64,000 nucleotides of DNA from a bacterium (GTDB lineage Bacteria > Patescibacteriota > Minisyncoccia > Phycocordibacterales > Phycocordibacteraceae). The stretch covers positions 8,162 through 72,161 of the forward strand of contig JAJZPB010000002.1 in assembly GCA_021811365.1 (NCBI GenBank). The letters run 5' to 3'. The notes under the pieces were generated by a model. The model saw only the letters and a list, made by a program, of their open reading frames with translations, did no database searches and had not been told where the DNA came from. The translations under genes were made by a program, and so were the position numbers. Shown here piece after piece: positions 40,526 to 49,860 of the stretch (position 1 is its first letter; each line of letters begins with the position of its first letter).

Positions 40526-40900
40526 TTAAGTCCTCTTCCCGGCAAGATGTGCGACCCATTGGTTGCCCATTGGTTGCCCAAGATTCTGATTGAGCATTGT
40601 TCGTGGGCTCAGCATTTCAAATGCCTGACTCAGCCGTTCTCGCAGAGTATGTGCAGACGGCGTTGCAGATAGCCACCCGTCGAGTGACTGGCCGTTGTCT
40701 TTGGTGAACACATGCCCCATCCCCTTTTTTGCGCAAAGGGCGCAGCACATACGTCTACATTCGTGAGCATGGGGCGCTCGCGGTTGCTCTTGGTGGTTTC
40801 GAGCTTCTTGATGTCGTCGTTCCAGGAGTGTCGGATAATGCTGCTCTGACTCTGCCAGTCAACAGAGCCCCGTACGAGGATATGTAAAAACGGCAATTAC
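40526..40900 (-). pseudogene. probable decayed tyrosine recombinase/integrase fragment
   Basis: Frameshifted pieces SVDWQSQSSIIRHSW...ETTKSNRERPM and KKGMGHVFTKDNGQSL resemble the middle of the integrase catalytic domain. Confidence 0.45.
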
Positions 40901-40973
40901 TATCACGGGCGAGCAACGGGACTACTGCTATTGCTTCCTGTGAACGCTGACTCACTATAGTAACCACTACGCT

Positions 40974-43472
40974 CTACGTACGGCCCTGTCGGTAGTAAAA
41001 GACCTTCGCAAAATCAAGGGCAAACAAATAAACGGCCATAAGGGCAAAGATTGTGATAACCGATCCGGTTGGTAGTGATGCAAAAGAAAGCCAAGATTGA
41101 AACTGGGGAATATAAACTATGGCCAAGGAAAACACCGACGCAAGCAGAAATGATACGTTTAGTAGGTGAGATGGCGCTCTCGTTTTCCAAAAGTGGCCTC
41201 TGTTACGAATCGCGTAAAACACGACAAACGACAGGAATGTAATGAATACATAGAGACTTGTTTGTGCCTGCTTTTCCGGTTGCGACTTTACGAGCACAAA
41301 GTAAAAGATCTCAAACAATGCCGTCGGCACACCGAGCACTAACGACAACAGCATGATCTCTTTCATGTTGTGTTTTTCCGGTCGCATGACCTCGGCGTCA
41401 TCAACGGTATCTGTAGATACCGCAATGAGAGGGATATCGGCAACGACAGACGTTAGAAGCACCTGTACCGGAAGCAACGGCAACTCAGTGGACAAGAGAT
41501 ACAAGACGCCGAGCGCAATGAAATTGCCGAAATTACTGACCATGGTATACGCGACGTATTTATTGATGTTTACGAAAATCGATCGGCCATACTTGATACC
41601 GTTCACAATAACCTCAAGACTTTTATTAAGAAGTACTATATCGGAATTTTCTTTCGCAATGTCGGTTGCCGTATTAACGGCAATAGCAACATCCGCTAGT
41701 TTCAGCGCAGGTGCGTCATTGATCCCATCACCCTGATAGGCGACGACGTATTCCTTCTTGAGTGCGGCGATGATATTAAACTTTTGCGCAGGCGAGACCC
41801 GCGCAAAGACATTTGAGCTGAGTACTGTAGCGCTGAATTCTTGAGGAGACAATGTTTCCAGCTCATCTCCGAGATATACGCGCTCTCCTTCCTGTACAAG
41901 CCCAATTTGTTTGCCAACATACTCAGCCACCTCTCTGCTATCGCCGGTCAACACTTTAATCTCGATGCCCAATTTCTGAGCATGTTGAATTGTTGTCTTA
42001 GTGCTCGGTCGTAATGGGTCCTCAAAGCTGGCGTAGCCCAGGAAGTGCATTCCGTGTTCGTTTTTCAAAATATCAAAATCGTCTGTATAGGTGATTTCTT
42101 TGTATGCCAAAGCAAGGTGATGCAGGCCCGACTTCCCTTCTTCAATGAGCGTGCGGGAATATTCCGACTTTTTACCGGATGTGGAAATTTCAATCAACAT
42201 TTCCGGAGCTCCTACAGCAACCAGGTATTGCGTATGAGTCTTCGCATCCTCAAGAATGACCCTGTTTCTGCGAACGTCAGGATCAAATGGTATCTCTTTG
42301 ACGATGGAAAGTTCTTTTGCTTCCCGGGCGACCTGTTCCTGGACGTAGTTAAGAAACGCGTCGTCGTACGAATTTTGAGATCTCCGTTTCTTACCCTTAA
42401 GCGGCGTTATGGTTGCGTACATCAGCTTCTCGAACAAGTCGTCGTCGTTTGTGGCAATTGAGCGAATCACCATTTTATTTTCGGTAAGAGTGCCGGTCTT
42501 ATCGGTGCACAGTAGGTTTACGTTACCAAGATCCTCCAAGGACGAGAGGCGCTTTACGACCACATGTTTCTTTGCAAGCTTTATAGCGCCAATTGAAAGC
42601 GTTACCGTTGAAATCACTGGCAGCACCTCGGGTACAACCGCGACAGCGAGAGCAATGACGAACAACAGCAAGCCGGGTATATCGTAGCGGCCGGAGCTGA
42701 GAAGTAGTTTGACAATGAATATGAGAGTCAACCCAATGAGAGTGGCCCGCACCAAAAGTGCGCTCAATGACTGAAGAGACTTCTCGTACTGAGTTTGCTT
42801 CTTAGTTTCTGTAGATAACTTTGCAATCGTCCCCAGTTCCGTATCTCTTCCTGTCGCATACACCACGCCAGTGCCGACTCCTTTTTCGATACTACTGCCG
42901 GTATAAAGAAGTGTTTCCGATGGCGCATTCGATACGGGCGAGACGCGTTTAATAACAGGAACCGATTCACCGGTAAGCTGCGATTCATTGACTTGCAGGT
43001 AGTCGGCCTCAAGAAGCCGCATGTCGGCTGGAACGATGTCTCCTTCGCGTACTGTGAGTACATCGCCAGGAACAACCTGGGAGTCGTCAAGAAGTCTTAT
43101 TTTGCCATCGCGTTTCAACCTAACCTGTTTCGAGATGAATTGTGATAATTTTTCGATTATTTTTTCCGACTTATATTCTTGATAGAAACCGAGCGACGTA
43201 TTGATGAGGAGAATCAACAAAATGATGGTGCCATCGGTGTAGTCGTGGATGCTATACGAAATGACACTTGCTATGACGAGCAGGTATACTAGTGAACTTT
43301 TCAGTTGGCGACCGAGAACGACTAGGGCATTAGCAGTTTTCTTGCCCATGACATTTGGACCATACTTAACAATGCGTTTTTCTGCCTCCTTCTGATTAAG
43401 CCCGCTGAACGAGGTCTGGAGACGGTCTATGAGCTCGGATTGACTGAGTTGGCGTGCTAGATCTTTATTCAT
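40974..43472 (-). CDS. P-type cation-transporting ATPase (MgtA-like)
   Basis: LTGES, VPEVLP, DKTGTLT, VLTGD, GDGINDAPAL, SNFGN. Confidence 0.92.
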   Translation of the reverse strand: MNKDLARQLSQSELIDRLQTSFSGLNQKEAEKRIVKYGPNVMGKKTANALVVLGRQLKSSLVYLLVIASVISYSIHDYTDGTIILLILLINTSLGFYQEYKSEKIIEKLSQFISKQVRLKRDGKIRLLDDSQVVPGDVLTVREGDIVPADMRLLEADYLQVNESQLTGESVPVIKRVSPVSNAPSETLLYTGSSIEKGVGTGVVYATGRDTELGTIAKLSTETKKQTQYEKSLQSLSALLVRATLIGLTLIFIVKLLLSSGRYDIPGLLLFVIALAVAVVPEVLPVISTVTLSIGAIKLAKKHVVVKRLSSLEDLGNVNLLCTDKTGTLTENKMVIRSIATNDDDLFEKLMYATITPLKGKKRRSQNSYDDAFLNYVQEQVAREAKELSIVKEIPFDPDVRRNRVILEDAKTHTQYLVAVGAPEMLIEISTSGKKSEYSRTLIEEGKSGLHHLALAYKEITYTDDFDILKNEHGMHFLGYASFEDPLRPSTKTTIQHAQKLGIEIKVLTGDSREVAEYVGKQIGLVQEGERVYLGDELETLSPQEFSATVLSSNVFARVSPAQKFNIIAALKKEYVVAYQGDGINDAPALKLADVAIAVNTATDIAKENSDIVLLNKSLEVIVNGIKYGRSIFVNINKYVAYTMVSNFGNFIALGVLYLLSTELPLLPVQVLLTSVVADIPLIAVSTDTVDDAEVMRPEKHNMKEIMLLSLVLGVPTALFEIFYFVLVKSQPEKQAQTSLYVFITFLSFVVFYAIRNRGHFWKTRAPSHLLNVSFLLASVFSLAIVYIPQFQSWLSFASLPTGSVITIFALMAVYLFALDFAKVFYYRQGRT

Positions 43473-43520
43473 ATTGCGACTGGCAGGATATCAGTCTCAG
43501 TATACTCGACCTAGGATAGG

Positions 43521-44096
43521 TTACTTCACTGCGAGCGCGCCGCTCTTCTCGACAATTGCTGCAAGTTCGGCCTGCGTCTTTGGGAGATGGTTTATATCCA
43601 CATGTCCCACAACACGAATTGTGACACCTTTACAGATACCCAGCACATTGGCAGCATTTACAACACTTCCGTTAGGTGCAATGTAATTCGTTTTCGTATC
43701 AAGCAGGACGTCAATGCGATTGGTGTACCGCGCATTCATCGTGTCTCCGATGACTCGATATCCTATATGGGGAACGACGACATTGTATCCACAGGTGTTG
43801 TCGGACGAAATGTTTGAACCGTCGAGCTGAATGATGGTACCGAAAGGTAGCTCGTCCGCAAGATCTTGTGAACGCGCTGCGATGATTTCTGGATTTGAAT
43901 ACGCGCCTGAAGCGGTGACAAAAGGGTGATTGCTCGTTTGTTCTGGAACAGCATTATAGGCCGTAAGTGTAACGGTATAGCTCGGCATCACTGTTGCAGT
44001 TTGTGCGACAATGGTTGGTGCAGCGGCGTTTCTAACAGAAAACGACATGCTGCCGAGCAAAAGAGAAAAGCCCATAAGGGCTCCTAAATATTGCAT
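43521..44096 (-). CDS. 3D-domain (MltA-like) exported protein
   Basis: TAYNAVPEQT...TASG, LPFGT, DTMNARY.NRIDV. Confidence 0.75.
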   Translation of the reverse strand: MQYLGALMGFSLLLGSMSFSVRNAAAPTIVAQTATVMPSYTVTLTAYNAVPEQTSNHPFVTASGAYSNPEIIAARSQDLADELPFGTIIQLDGSNISSDNTCGYNVVVPHIGYRVIGDTMNARYTNRIDVLLDTKTNYIAPNGSVVNAANVLGICKGVTIRVVGHVDINHLPKTQAELAAIVEKSGALAVK

Positions 44097-44687
44097 TGAA
44101 TGAAAGTGATGAAACAGCAAGTAACTGCCTCGTATTTACAATACTAGCACATCGACCCTTTTCAAGGAAGAAACGAGGCGCAGATGACTGGCGCTGAATC
44201 CGTGCTCGACGAACCACCCCCAAAGACCAACCGAGCTGTTCCGTTTGTGACAACCATAAGCGGTCGCGCGCTCGGTGAGAAGTACTCTCAATTTGCAGAA
44301 CTCGCCACGGCTTCTGGTTACACCCTTCACGAAATACTTTTTCTTGCCATTGAATCTAGGTTCAAACATCGTCCTACATGCGAACGTTTCCATACAGCCT
44401 AATCAATGACGCCTATCCCGGCGATAGTCCAGCGATGCGGGAGTTGGTAACTACCCCCTTCGCAAGTCTCCAAATCTAAGCTAGGGTCTACACCGGTAGG
44501 TTAATACAGGCTATCATGTACCCGTTCCGCAACTTAATGAAAGGCATAAACCCTGTGCCGGGCATGGCTGCAAAACCTAGTAGAGATCAAAGGACTCCCA
44601 GTCAAATCATTAACGTAAGTACCCTGAGTGAAAACGGAAGCATCCACCGACGTGTGATTTTTATGCGTCTGTCAAAACTAACAAACC

Positions 44688-45263
44688 ATGAGCCTGTCTA
44701 AAAACGTCCAGAGAGAAAAGGAATCTTCAGATGGCAAAGCAGCGTACATCCGATCTTTAACCATTAGGGAGGTAAAGACTATAGTCGTTGTAGTCATACT
44801 GCTAATCGGAGCTGGTTACGTTCTAAGTATGCAGGACTCCACTCAAGGGGAGGTTTTGACTATTTTGATATTTGCCACAGTGCTCTTTAGTTTTAGAACT
44901 CGCTATCTAGTTCGAAGAGAGGAGAATCGGAATAGAATATTGCAAGCATACATCGCAGCCGTTGTTCGCAGCGTTACGGACTATGCAGGCTTTACCGACA
45001 CTGCACATAACACGCCGAAACTTAACTTCAAATTGCCAATTCCTTACGAGAACTTTCGTGAAGCAGTCAAGTACGAGCTAGAGAAAACCAATCCTCGATA
45101 CATCTTTAACTCTCCAAAGTGGAAAGAATTATACTCAGTTTGGTTGTATGAGAGTAGACAGCTATTTACTGACAAGTGGGAATACATGGACGGATTTGTC
45201 ATGATGAACTATGACGTGTTCGATTACATAATTGATGAGCATGGCGATAAAAACCCTCAATAG
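44688..45263 (+). CDS. hypothetical protein with two TM segments
   Basis: 191-aa AT-rich ORF. Confidence 0.6.
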   Translation: MSLSKNVQREKESSDGKAAYIRSLTIREVKTIVVVVILLIGAGYVLSMQDSTQGEVLTILIFATVLFSFRTRYLVRREENRNRILQAYIAAVVRSVTDYAGFTDTAHNTPKLNFKLPIPYENFREAVKYELEKTNPRYIFNSPKWKELYSVWLYESRQLFTDKWEYMDGFVMMNYDVFDYIIDEHGDKNPQ

Positions 45264-45735
45264 GATTCGGCAAGAATTCCATGACTGGCCAGTACTCTCA
45301 TGGGTTCTTACCACTTTTTCTGTATTGATGCTGTTCCTTGTTGCCATGGCTTTCATACATCCCACTCCGCCAAATGTCCCCATGTCTCCGGCATCAGCAT
45401 TGTATTCCGGAACCGCTACCACGTCAGAACCGACACCAGAGTCCCCATCGCAACTCGCTTTTTATGCCACGCTTAAATGCCCTGACGACTACGCCACGTT
45501 CAATGAGAAAATGGCTGCCTTTAAGCAATTCACAAATTTCTACTATTCTCAACATCCAGCAGCCACAGTAAACGACATGCTCGCGGCACGGTATCAATTT
45601 TATGAAATTAAACACTGCACGGCAGCGCTCGCAAGATACCAGGCGGTAGTATCCGGTACAGTGAATGCAACAACCTCCGCCACATTGAATTCGGCTTATA
45701 AGCGGGTGTACAGCAACGCCTCGACTACTCAGTAA
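45241..45735 (+). CDS. hypothetical membrane-anchored protein
   Basis: One TM segment, then LKCPDDY and a second Cys. Confidence 0.6.
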   Translation: MAIKTLNRIRQEFHDWPVLSWVLTTFSVLMLFLVAMAFIHPTPPNVPMSPASALYSGTATTSEPTPESPSQLAFYATLKCPDDYATFNEKMAAFKQFTNFYYSQHPAATVNDMLAARYQFYEIKHCTAALARYQAVVSGTVNATTSATLNSAYKRVYSNASTTQ

Positions 45736-45786
45736 GGGGTCCACGACTCCCGCACCGTCCTTACGAGCTGTTTCCACTTACCATAT

Positions 45787-46230
45787 TCAGCTGCCCACAT
45801 CTCGCGAGCTCTTAGGCTCGCGTTCGCGCTTCCGCCTCTGCAGTTCGAACGTTTCTTTGCTGACGAGAATTCCATCGTCCTGGTCCTCAATATCGACAAG
45901 CATAGGACTCTCCCGCCGCCTCTGACGCGTGTCCGAATACTCAGATGCCTTTGGTGCGTAGCGCGGGGAGTTGTTCGATAGGAAGTACTTTATTGCTCCC
46001 ATGTCCCCCGCTTTGACTTTGTTCACGAGCTGCATTTCGCCGACGTCGCAGAGGTCTTCCCGGGCGAACTCCATAGTCTCTTCGACGAGACGGCCGAATT
46101 CCGGATTGCGCTTCATCCAGCGGTATATGGTTGAGCGGTCAATGCCGTGCTTACGCGCAACATGCGCGATGAACGGGGTCCTCGCAAGGTCTTCGAGCAC
46201 CTTCTTCCGTATGTTCTTGCTATACGCCAT
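45787..46230 (-). CDS. HTH protein, terminase small-subunit-like
   Basis: HVARKHGIDRSTIYRWMKRNPEF, E.QLV..VK.GD..AIKYFL. Confidence 0.7.
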   Translation of the reverse strand: MAYSKNIRKKVLEDLARTPFIAHVARKHGIDRSTIYRWMKRNPEFGRLVEETMEFAREDLCDVGEMQLVNKVKAGDMGAIKYFLSNNSPRYAPKASEYSDTRQRRRESPMLVDIEDQDDGILVSKETFELQRRKREREPKSSRDVGS

Positions 46231-47563
46231 TCACTTTTACGCGCTTCTGCCCCGTGTGCTTTTCCCAGCGATTGAGAATCACCTCTGCGTATACGGGACT
46301 CTTCTCCATGATGCAGCAGCGTCGCCCGAGCGCGACCGACGCCATGAGGGTTGAGCCCGAACCGCCGAACGGCTCGAGCACGAGCTGCCCGCGGCGCGTG
46401 AGCACCTTGATGTACGGGATGAGCAGTGGCAGCGGCTTCACACCGAAGATGATGCCCTGGCCCGAAGACTTCTCGTCAGCGGCATTGTAGTCAAGGAAAT
46501 CGGTCGGGCAGTACTTCTTGTCCTTGCCGTACGGCTCCCAGTGCGGCTTTCCCGCGATACCGAAGAGCGCGGTGCGGTATTCCTCCTCGAACAAACCCTC
46601 CTCGTCGCCCAAGTTAAGGCCGCCGAATTCCTCGGTCGTTCCAACCATGGCGATGTCGTGTTTGCTGAAAAACTTATGCTGTCCGGCATACCCCTGGTTG
46701 CGGTTCGGGAGGTGCCAGACGAGCATGTTGCGCACCTTCCAGTGCTTCTCCATTTCGCCCCACACCTCGCGCAGGTTCTTCCAGTTTTCGTAGCAGATGA
46801 TGGCAAAGTCGGGAGCCGCCACCTTCGCCACGTTATCCATCCAGAGAGTCGTGAAGTCGGGCGGAATTGACTCGGTTTCAAGATATCGACGGTTCTTTTT
46901 CGCGCCAAAGCCTACCGTAGGTTCACCTGCACGCGTCTTGCCGTGGAGATAATCTAAACGGTATGGTGGGTCGGTCATCACCATATCGGCTTTTTCCGTG
47001 CCCATGAGCGCGAGCATGTCGGCTTCGATAGTGCTGTCGCCAATATAGAGACGGGAGCCGTCGAGATCGTACAAGTCGCCCTTCTGGCTCGTTATGGCGC
47101 TGATGCCAGCCTTGCCGAGCGCTTTCTCGAGGTCGAAATGTTCTTCTGCGCTCTCTTCTTCAAAAATCGCATCGAGCTCTTCTGAGCTGAACCCCACCTC
47201 CGTGAGGAACGATTCGTCGAATTCAGCGAGCAGCTCATAGTCCCATTCCCCTACGGCCTTGTTTAGCCTTAGGCATAGGTCTCTTTCCCTTTCGATATCG
47301 GGAATGTCGACGTACACAATGGGGACGAATTCGTACTTAAGCTGCTTGAGCGCCTCGTACCGAAGATTGCCCCCAATAATAATGCCTTCGCGCCCGGGAG
47401 CGTGGTTCACAACGAGCGGGTCGACGACGCCGTGCTTCGCGATGCTGTCGGTTACGGCTTTTTTGGTCGACTCGTCAATTACTCTCGGATTATAGGGGGC
47501 ATGCCTAAGCGAGTCGGTTGGAACGTACTCGATGCGGAGCTCGGTTTGGGTGGTGTTGGCCAT
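46220..47563 (-). CDS. ParB/Srx-domain DNA methyltransferase (phage-type, beta class)
   Basis: APYNPR, IIGGNLR; TDPPY; EPFGGSGST; start at MANTTQ. Confidence 0.88.
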   Translation of the reverse strand: MANTTQTELRIEYVPTDSLRHAPYNPRVIDESTKKAVTDSIAKHGVVDPLVVNHAPGREGIIIGGNLRYEALKQLKYEFVPIVYVDIPDIERERDLCLRLNKAVGEWDYELLAEFDESFLTEVGFSSEELDAIFEEESAEEHFDLEKALGKAGISAITSQKGDLYDLDGSRLYIGDSTIEADMLALMGTEKADMVMTDPPYRLDYLHGKTRAGEPTVGFGAKKNRRYLETESIPPDFTTLWMDNVAKVAAPDFAIICYENWKNLREVWGEMEKHWKVRNMLVWHLPNRNQGYAGQHKFFSKHDIAMVGTTEEFGGLNLGDEEGLFEEEYRTALFGIAGKPHWEPYGKDKKYCPTDFLDYNAADEKSSGQGIIFGVKPLPLLIPYIKVLTRRGQLVLEPFGGSGSTLMASVALGRRCCIMEKSPVYAEVILNRWEKHTGQKRVKVNGV

Positions 47564-47767
47564 TACGGTTGGGTCTTTAAAGGGGCGCGTTGTAAAAGGA
47601 AGCCCCTCTATCCACACTACGGCCGGTTTTGCGAAATTTGAGAAATTTGACAGGCGTCTAGTTTTAATTTACTGTGCGAACAGCTTCTCGCATGCCAACG
47701 TTCCCAAATAGGGCTGAAACAAGCCGCCTTTGGGAGGCGTATAGGCAAATAGAGTATCCCGTTCCTT

Positions 47768-47950
47768 TTGGAGGCACCCATGCTCGCACGCACCGTCGAC
47801 CACCCCTACATGCTCGCCATGTTCAAGGACCTCGAACTCACCGAAACCGAGATCCGAAACCTCACGACCCAGCGGACTCCGGAACAGGACAGGGCGCATA
47901 CCCCAAACCCCGTTCCCGCACTAGCCCTTCCCGGTCCGGCGGCAAGCTGA
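47768..47950 (+). CDS. small conserved hypothetical protein (paralog of 52443..52631)
   Basis: Shared MF.DLELT.TEIR motif; upstream TTGACA promoter and downstream terminator. Confidence 0.5.
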   Translation: MEAPMLARTVDHPYMLAMFKDLELTETEIRNLTTQRTPEQDRAHTPNPVPALALPGPAAS

Positions 47951-47979
47951 CCAAGCCAGCAGCCTCTGACTCATCTCAC

Positions 47980-48018
47980 GCCACCCCAGACGCTCGACGT
48001 CCTTGGGGTGGTTTTTCT
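47980..48018 (+). terminator. intrinsic terminator (paralog at 52660-52701)
   Basis: ccacccca...tggggtgg followed by tttttcttt. Confidence 0.7.
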
Positions 48019-48405
48019 TTAGCGCACCCAGCGCAGCATCGGCGCTTTGGCGCCTTTCGGGAAGTCTTTTTGAAGACGCGGCGCAAATAGAGCGAGGTCG
48101 GTCCTGGAGGACTTCCTCAACTTGGCTATCTCCGCGTCGGTCTCGACGGGCAGGTAGGTGCTGTACTGCGGGTCATCTCCGTCCACCCAGTCTATTTCCT
48201 CGTAGAACTCAAAGAAGTAGCGCTGATCGCACTCCCGGCATCGGAGAAGGTACCGCCAGAAGTGGCTATCCTTGTAGTATGTTTCGAGCAATTCGAACGG
48301 TCCTGAGATCGGTGCGTTCACGAGCTCCGGATACTTCCAGAGCGCGCATTGCGTGGGAGCCTTTAATCGGTTATACGCCGCACTCTCTTTTCTTCTGTTG
48401 GGCAT
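48019..48405 (-). CDS. hypothetical CxxC protein (paralog of 52702..53088)
   Basis: RYLLRCRECDQRYFFEFYEEIDW; two intact 128-aa copies. Confidence 0.75.
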   Translation of the reverse strand: MPNRRKESAAYNRLKAPTQCALWKYPELVNAPISGPFELLETYYKDSHFWRYLLRCRECDQRYFFEFYEEIDWVDGDDPQYSTYLPVETDAEIAKLRKSSRTDLALFAPRLQKDFPKGAKAPMLRWVR

Positions 48406-48420
48406 AGTGGTGATGTGCGT

Positions 48421-48642
48421 TATCGGCTAATCTCCTCGCCGATTCCGCAGACGACTACTATGCAAAAGCGGCTCGGAGTTTTGATCCAGCCCATTGGCTG
48501 AATGAAATCTCCCAACCGCTTTGCGATCAGTCGCGCGCGCCATCTGGCTCCCCGCAGATTTCCCAGTTCGCCTACCCTCATCAGGAGGCGCGCGCGGTCC
48601 GCATTCGGTGCGCGGACTGCACTATTTCCTCTCAAGGAACAA
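48421..48642 (-). ncRNA. candidate structured RNA, copy 1 (right-end type D)
   Basis: Several stems with compensatory changes between copies; extended -10 TGGTACAAT immediately upstream (48655-48647). Confidence 0.6.
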
Positions 48643-48775
48643 CTTAATTGTACCAGAAATGAAGGTAGTAACGGAGTGTCGCATTTGTTGCATTTCCAAA
48701 GACAGACCTTAGACCCGAAGGGTTCCGAATCCACCATTAGAGGAACCAGGAATAGCCTTATGTTGCCTCAGCGAC

Positions 48776-48877
48776 AAAGTTTGAATCCCGAGTGGCCCGC
48801 CCGAAGACTTTTGTATCGGACAGACCCGAGAGTCTTGTTTTGAGCCATTTTACGGTACGCATATGAAAAAATCTAGA
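48776..48877 (+). repeat. junction 3: tRNA-like core plus left-end type A
   Basis: aaagtttgaatcccgagtggcccgcccgaagacttttgtatcggacagacccgagagtc. Confidence 0.88.
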
Positions 48878-48951
48878 CAACCCCCAACGGGACTCGAGGT
48901 GCTGTTCCATGCCACAAAAAGAATAGTGGCGACCGCAGGGTTCGGTTGCCA

Positions 48952-49518
48952 CTATTTTGGCGTGACAAGGATTGCCTTGCCAGCACCGTAGTCTTTTTTC
49001 ATGTCTGCCAATGTTGCGATTTCAACGTCGCCGCCTCCACCATAGACAGACACATACATTCCGAAACCAACGTATATGGCGGCATGGTGGAAAAATAAGT
49101 CTGAGTCCAGTAAAAATACTATGTTGCCAGGCGTACCTTCCTCAGCTTCACACCAGGACGTATTCCACCACTGGCCCCACTCAAAACCCCAGTGGGGATG
49201 TTGGTCTGATGGAATACCAGCAACAAGACAGGCGAATGCGTAGCAGTCAAAAGTCATGTTCACCTTGGCGTGATGGCAATGAAGAAATTCAACGAGGGCT
49301 TTCTTTGTCTCAGGCGTGAGTACAAGCTTCGTTGAGCAAAACGCCAGATACCAGGGCCGTATAAGAATCTCCACGTCATCAACAGCACGATAGTCCTCGC
49401 GCTCATGGAAGCAGCGTAGCTCGCCTTCTTCTTTAATCATGAGCGGGAAGACTCTCATCCTCCTCCCATCAGCGGTCATGACAGTCTGTTTTCTTGGAGT
49501 GACGAAGATCGTAAGCAC
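48952..49518 (-). CDS. NlpC/P60-like (papain-fold) protein
   Basis: FDCYAF (Cys) and PGNIVFL...HHAAIYVG (His); hairpin at 48922-48956 at its stop. Confidence 0.6.
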   Translation of the reverse strand: MLTIFVTPRKQTVMTADGRRMRVFPLMIKEEGELRCFHEREDYRAVDDVEILIRPWYLAFCSTKLVLTPETKKALVEFLHCHHAKVNMTFDCYAFACLVAGIPSDQHPHWGFEWGQWWNTSWCEAEEGTPGNIVFLLDSDLFFHHAAIYVGFGMYVSVYGGGGDVEIATLADMKKDYGAGKAILVTPK

Positions 49519-49620
49519 GGGGCACCTCCATATGCCAATCTCTTTTCAACAGATACCACAATACTGTAGTCATGTCTATGGCTACGAGTGCCAACGTATT
49601 TGACTCACTTCTTGTCGAAT

Positions 49621-49641
49621 CTCGTCCCACAGGGCCCGCCA
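49621..49641 (+). repeat. junction 4 core (right-end type E)
   Basis: ctcgtcccacagggcccgcca, matching ctcgtcccacaaggcccgcca at 51866-51886. Confidence 0.75.
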
Positions 49642-49803
49642 AGAAAAGCGCCGAAGGACGCTTTTTGCATGACGGGACCAAGTGAGGCGCGGGACGTCTC
49701 ACGTCCAGGACTCGAAAACCTTGCGAGCATATTTTTGGAGCACTGCGCACTAAAATATCCGCAAGGTGTACTGAACCTGTACGGTTCGAGAAAGGTAATC
49801 CTG

Positions 49804-49854
49804 GTCCTGGTGGGCCCGCCCGTAGTATTATTTTATTTATAGGACAGACCCGAA
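49804..49854 (+). repeat. junction 5: exact 19-bp copy of the tRNA-Trp 3' end region
   Basis: gtcctggtgggcccgcccg (49804-49822) is identical to 26502-26520 and is followed by ggacagacccgaa. Confidence 0.92.
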
Positions 49855-49860
49855 CACTTA

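Larger units (their letters stand above)
47369..48810. repeat. 1.45-kb block duplicated with divergence at about 52044-53500
   Basis: Same order in both copies: parB-methylase 5' end, promoter/leader, small ORF, terminator, CxxC gene, structured element, junction. Confidence 0.92.

Noticed and set aside
45787-47563. Prophage suggested by the terminase-small-like HTH and ParB-methylase
   Set aside because: No large terminase, portal, capsid or tail genes in the window; treated as an island core or relic.
48555-48590. Hammerhead-like CUGAUGA...GAAA on the minus strand of RNA copy 1
   Set aside because: CUGAUGA is not conserved (CCGAAAG in copies 2 and 3) and no proper stem II forms.
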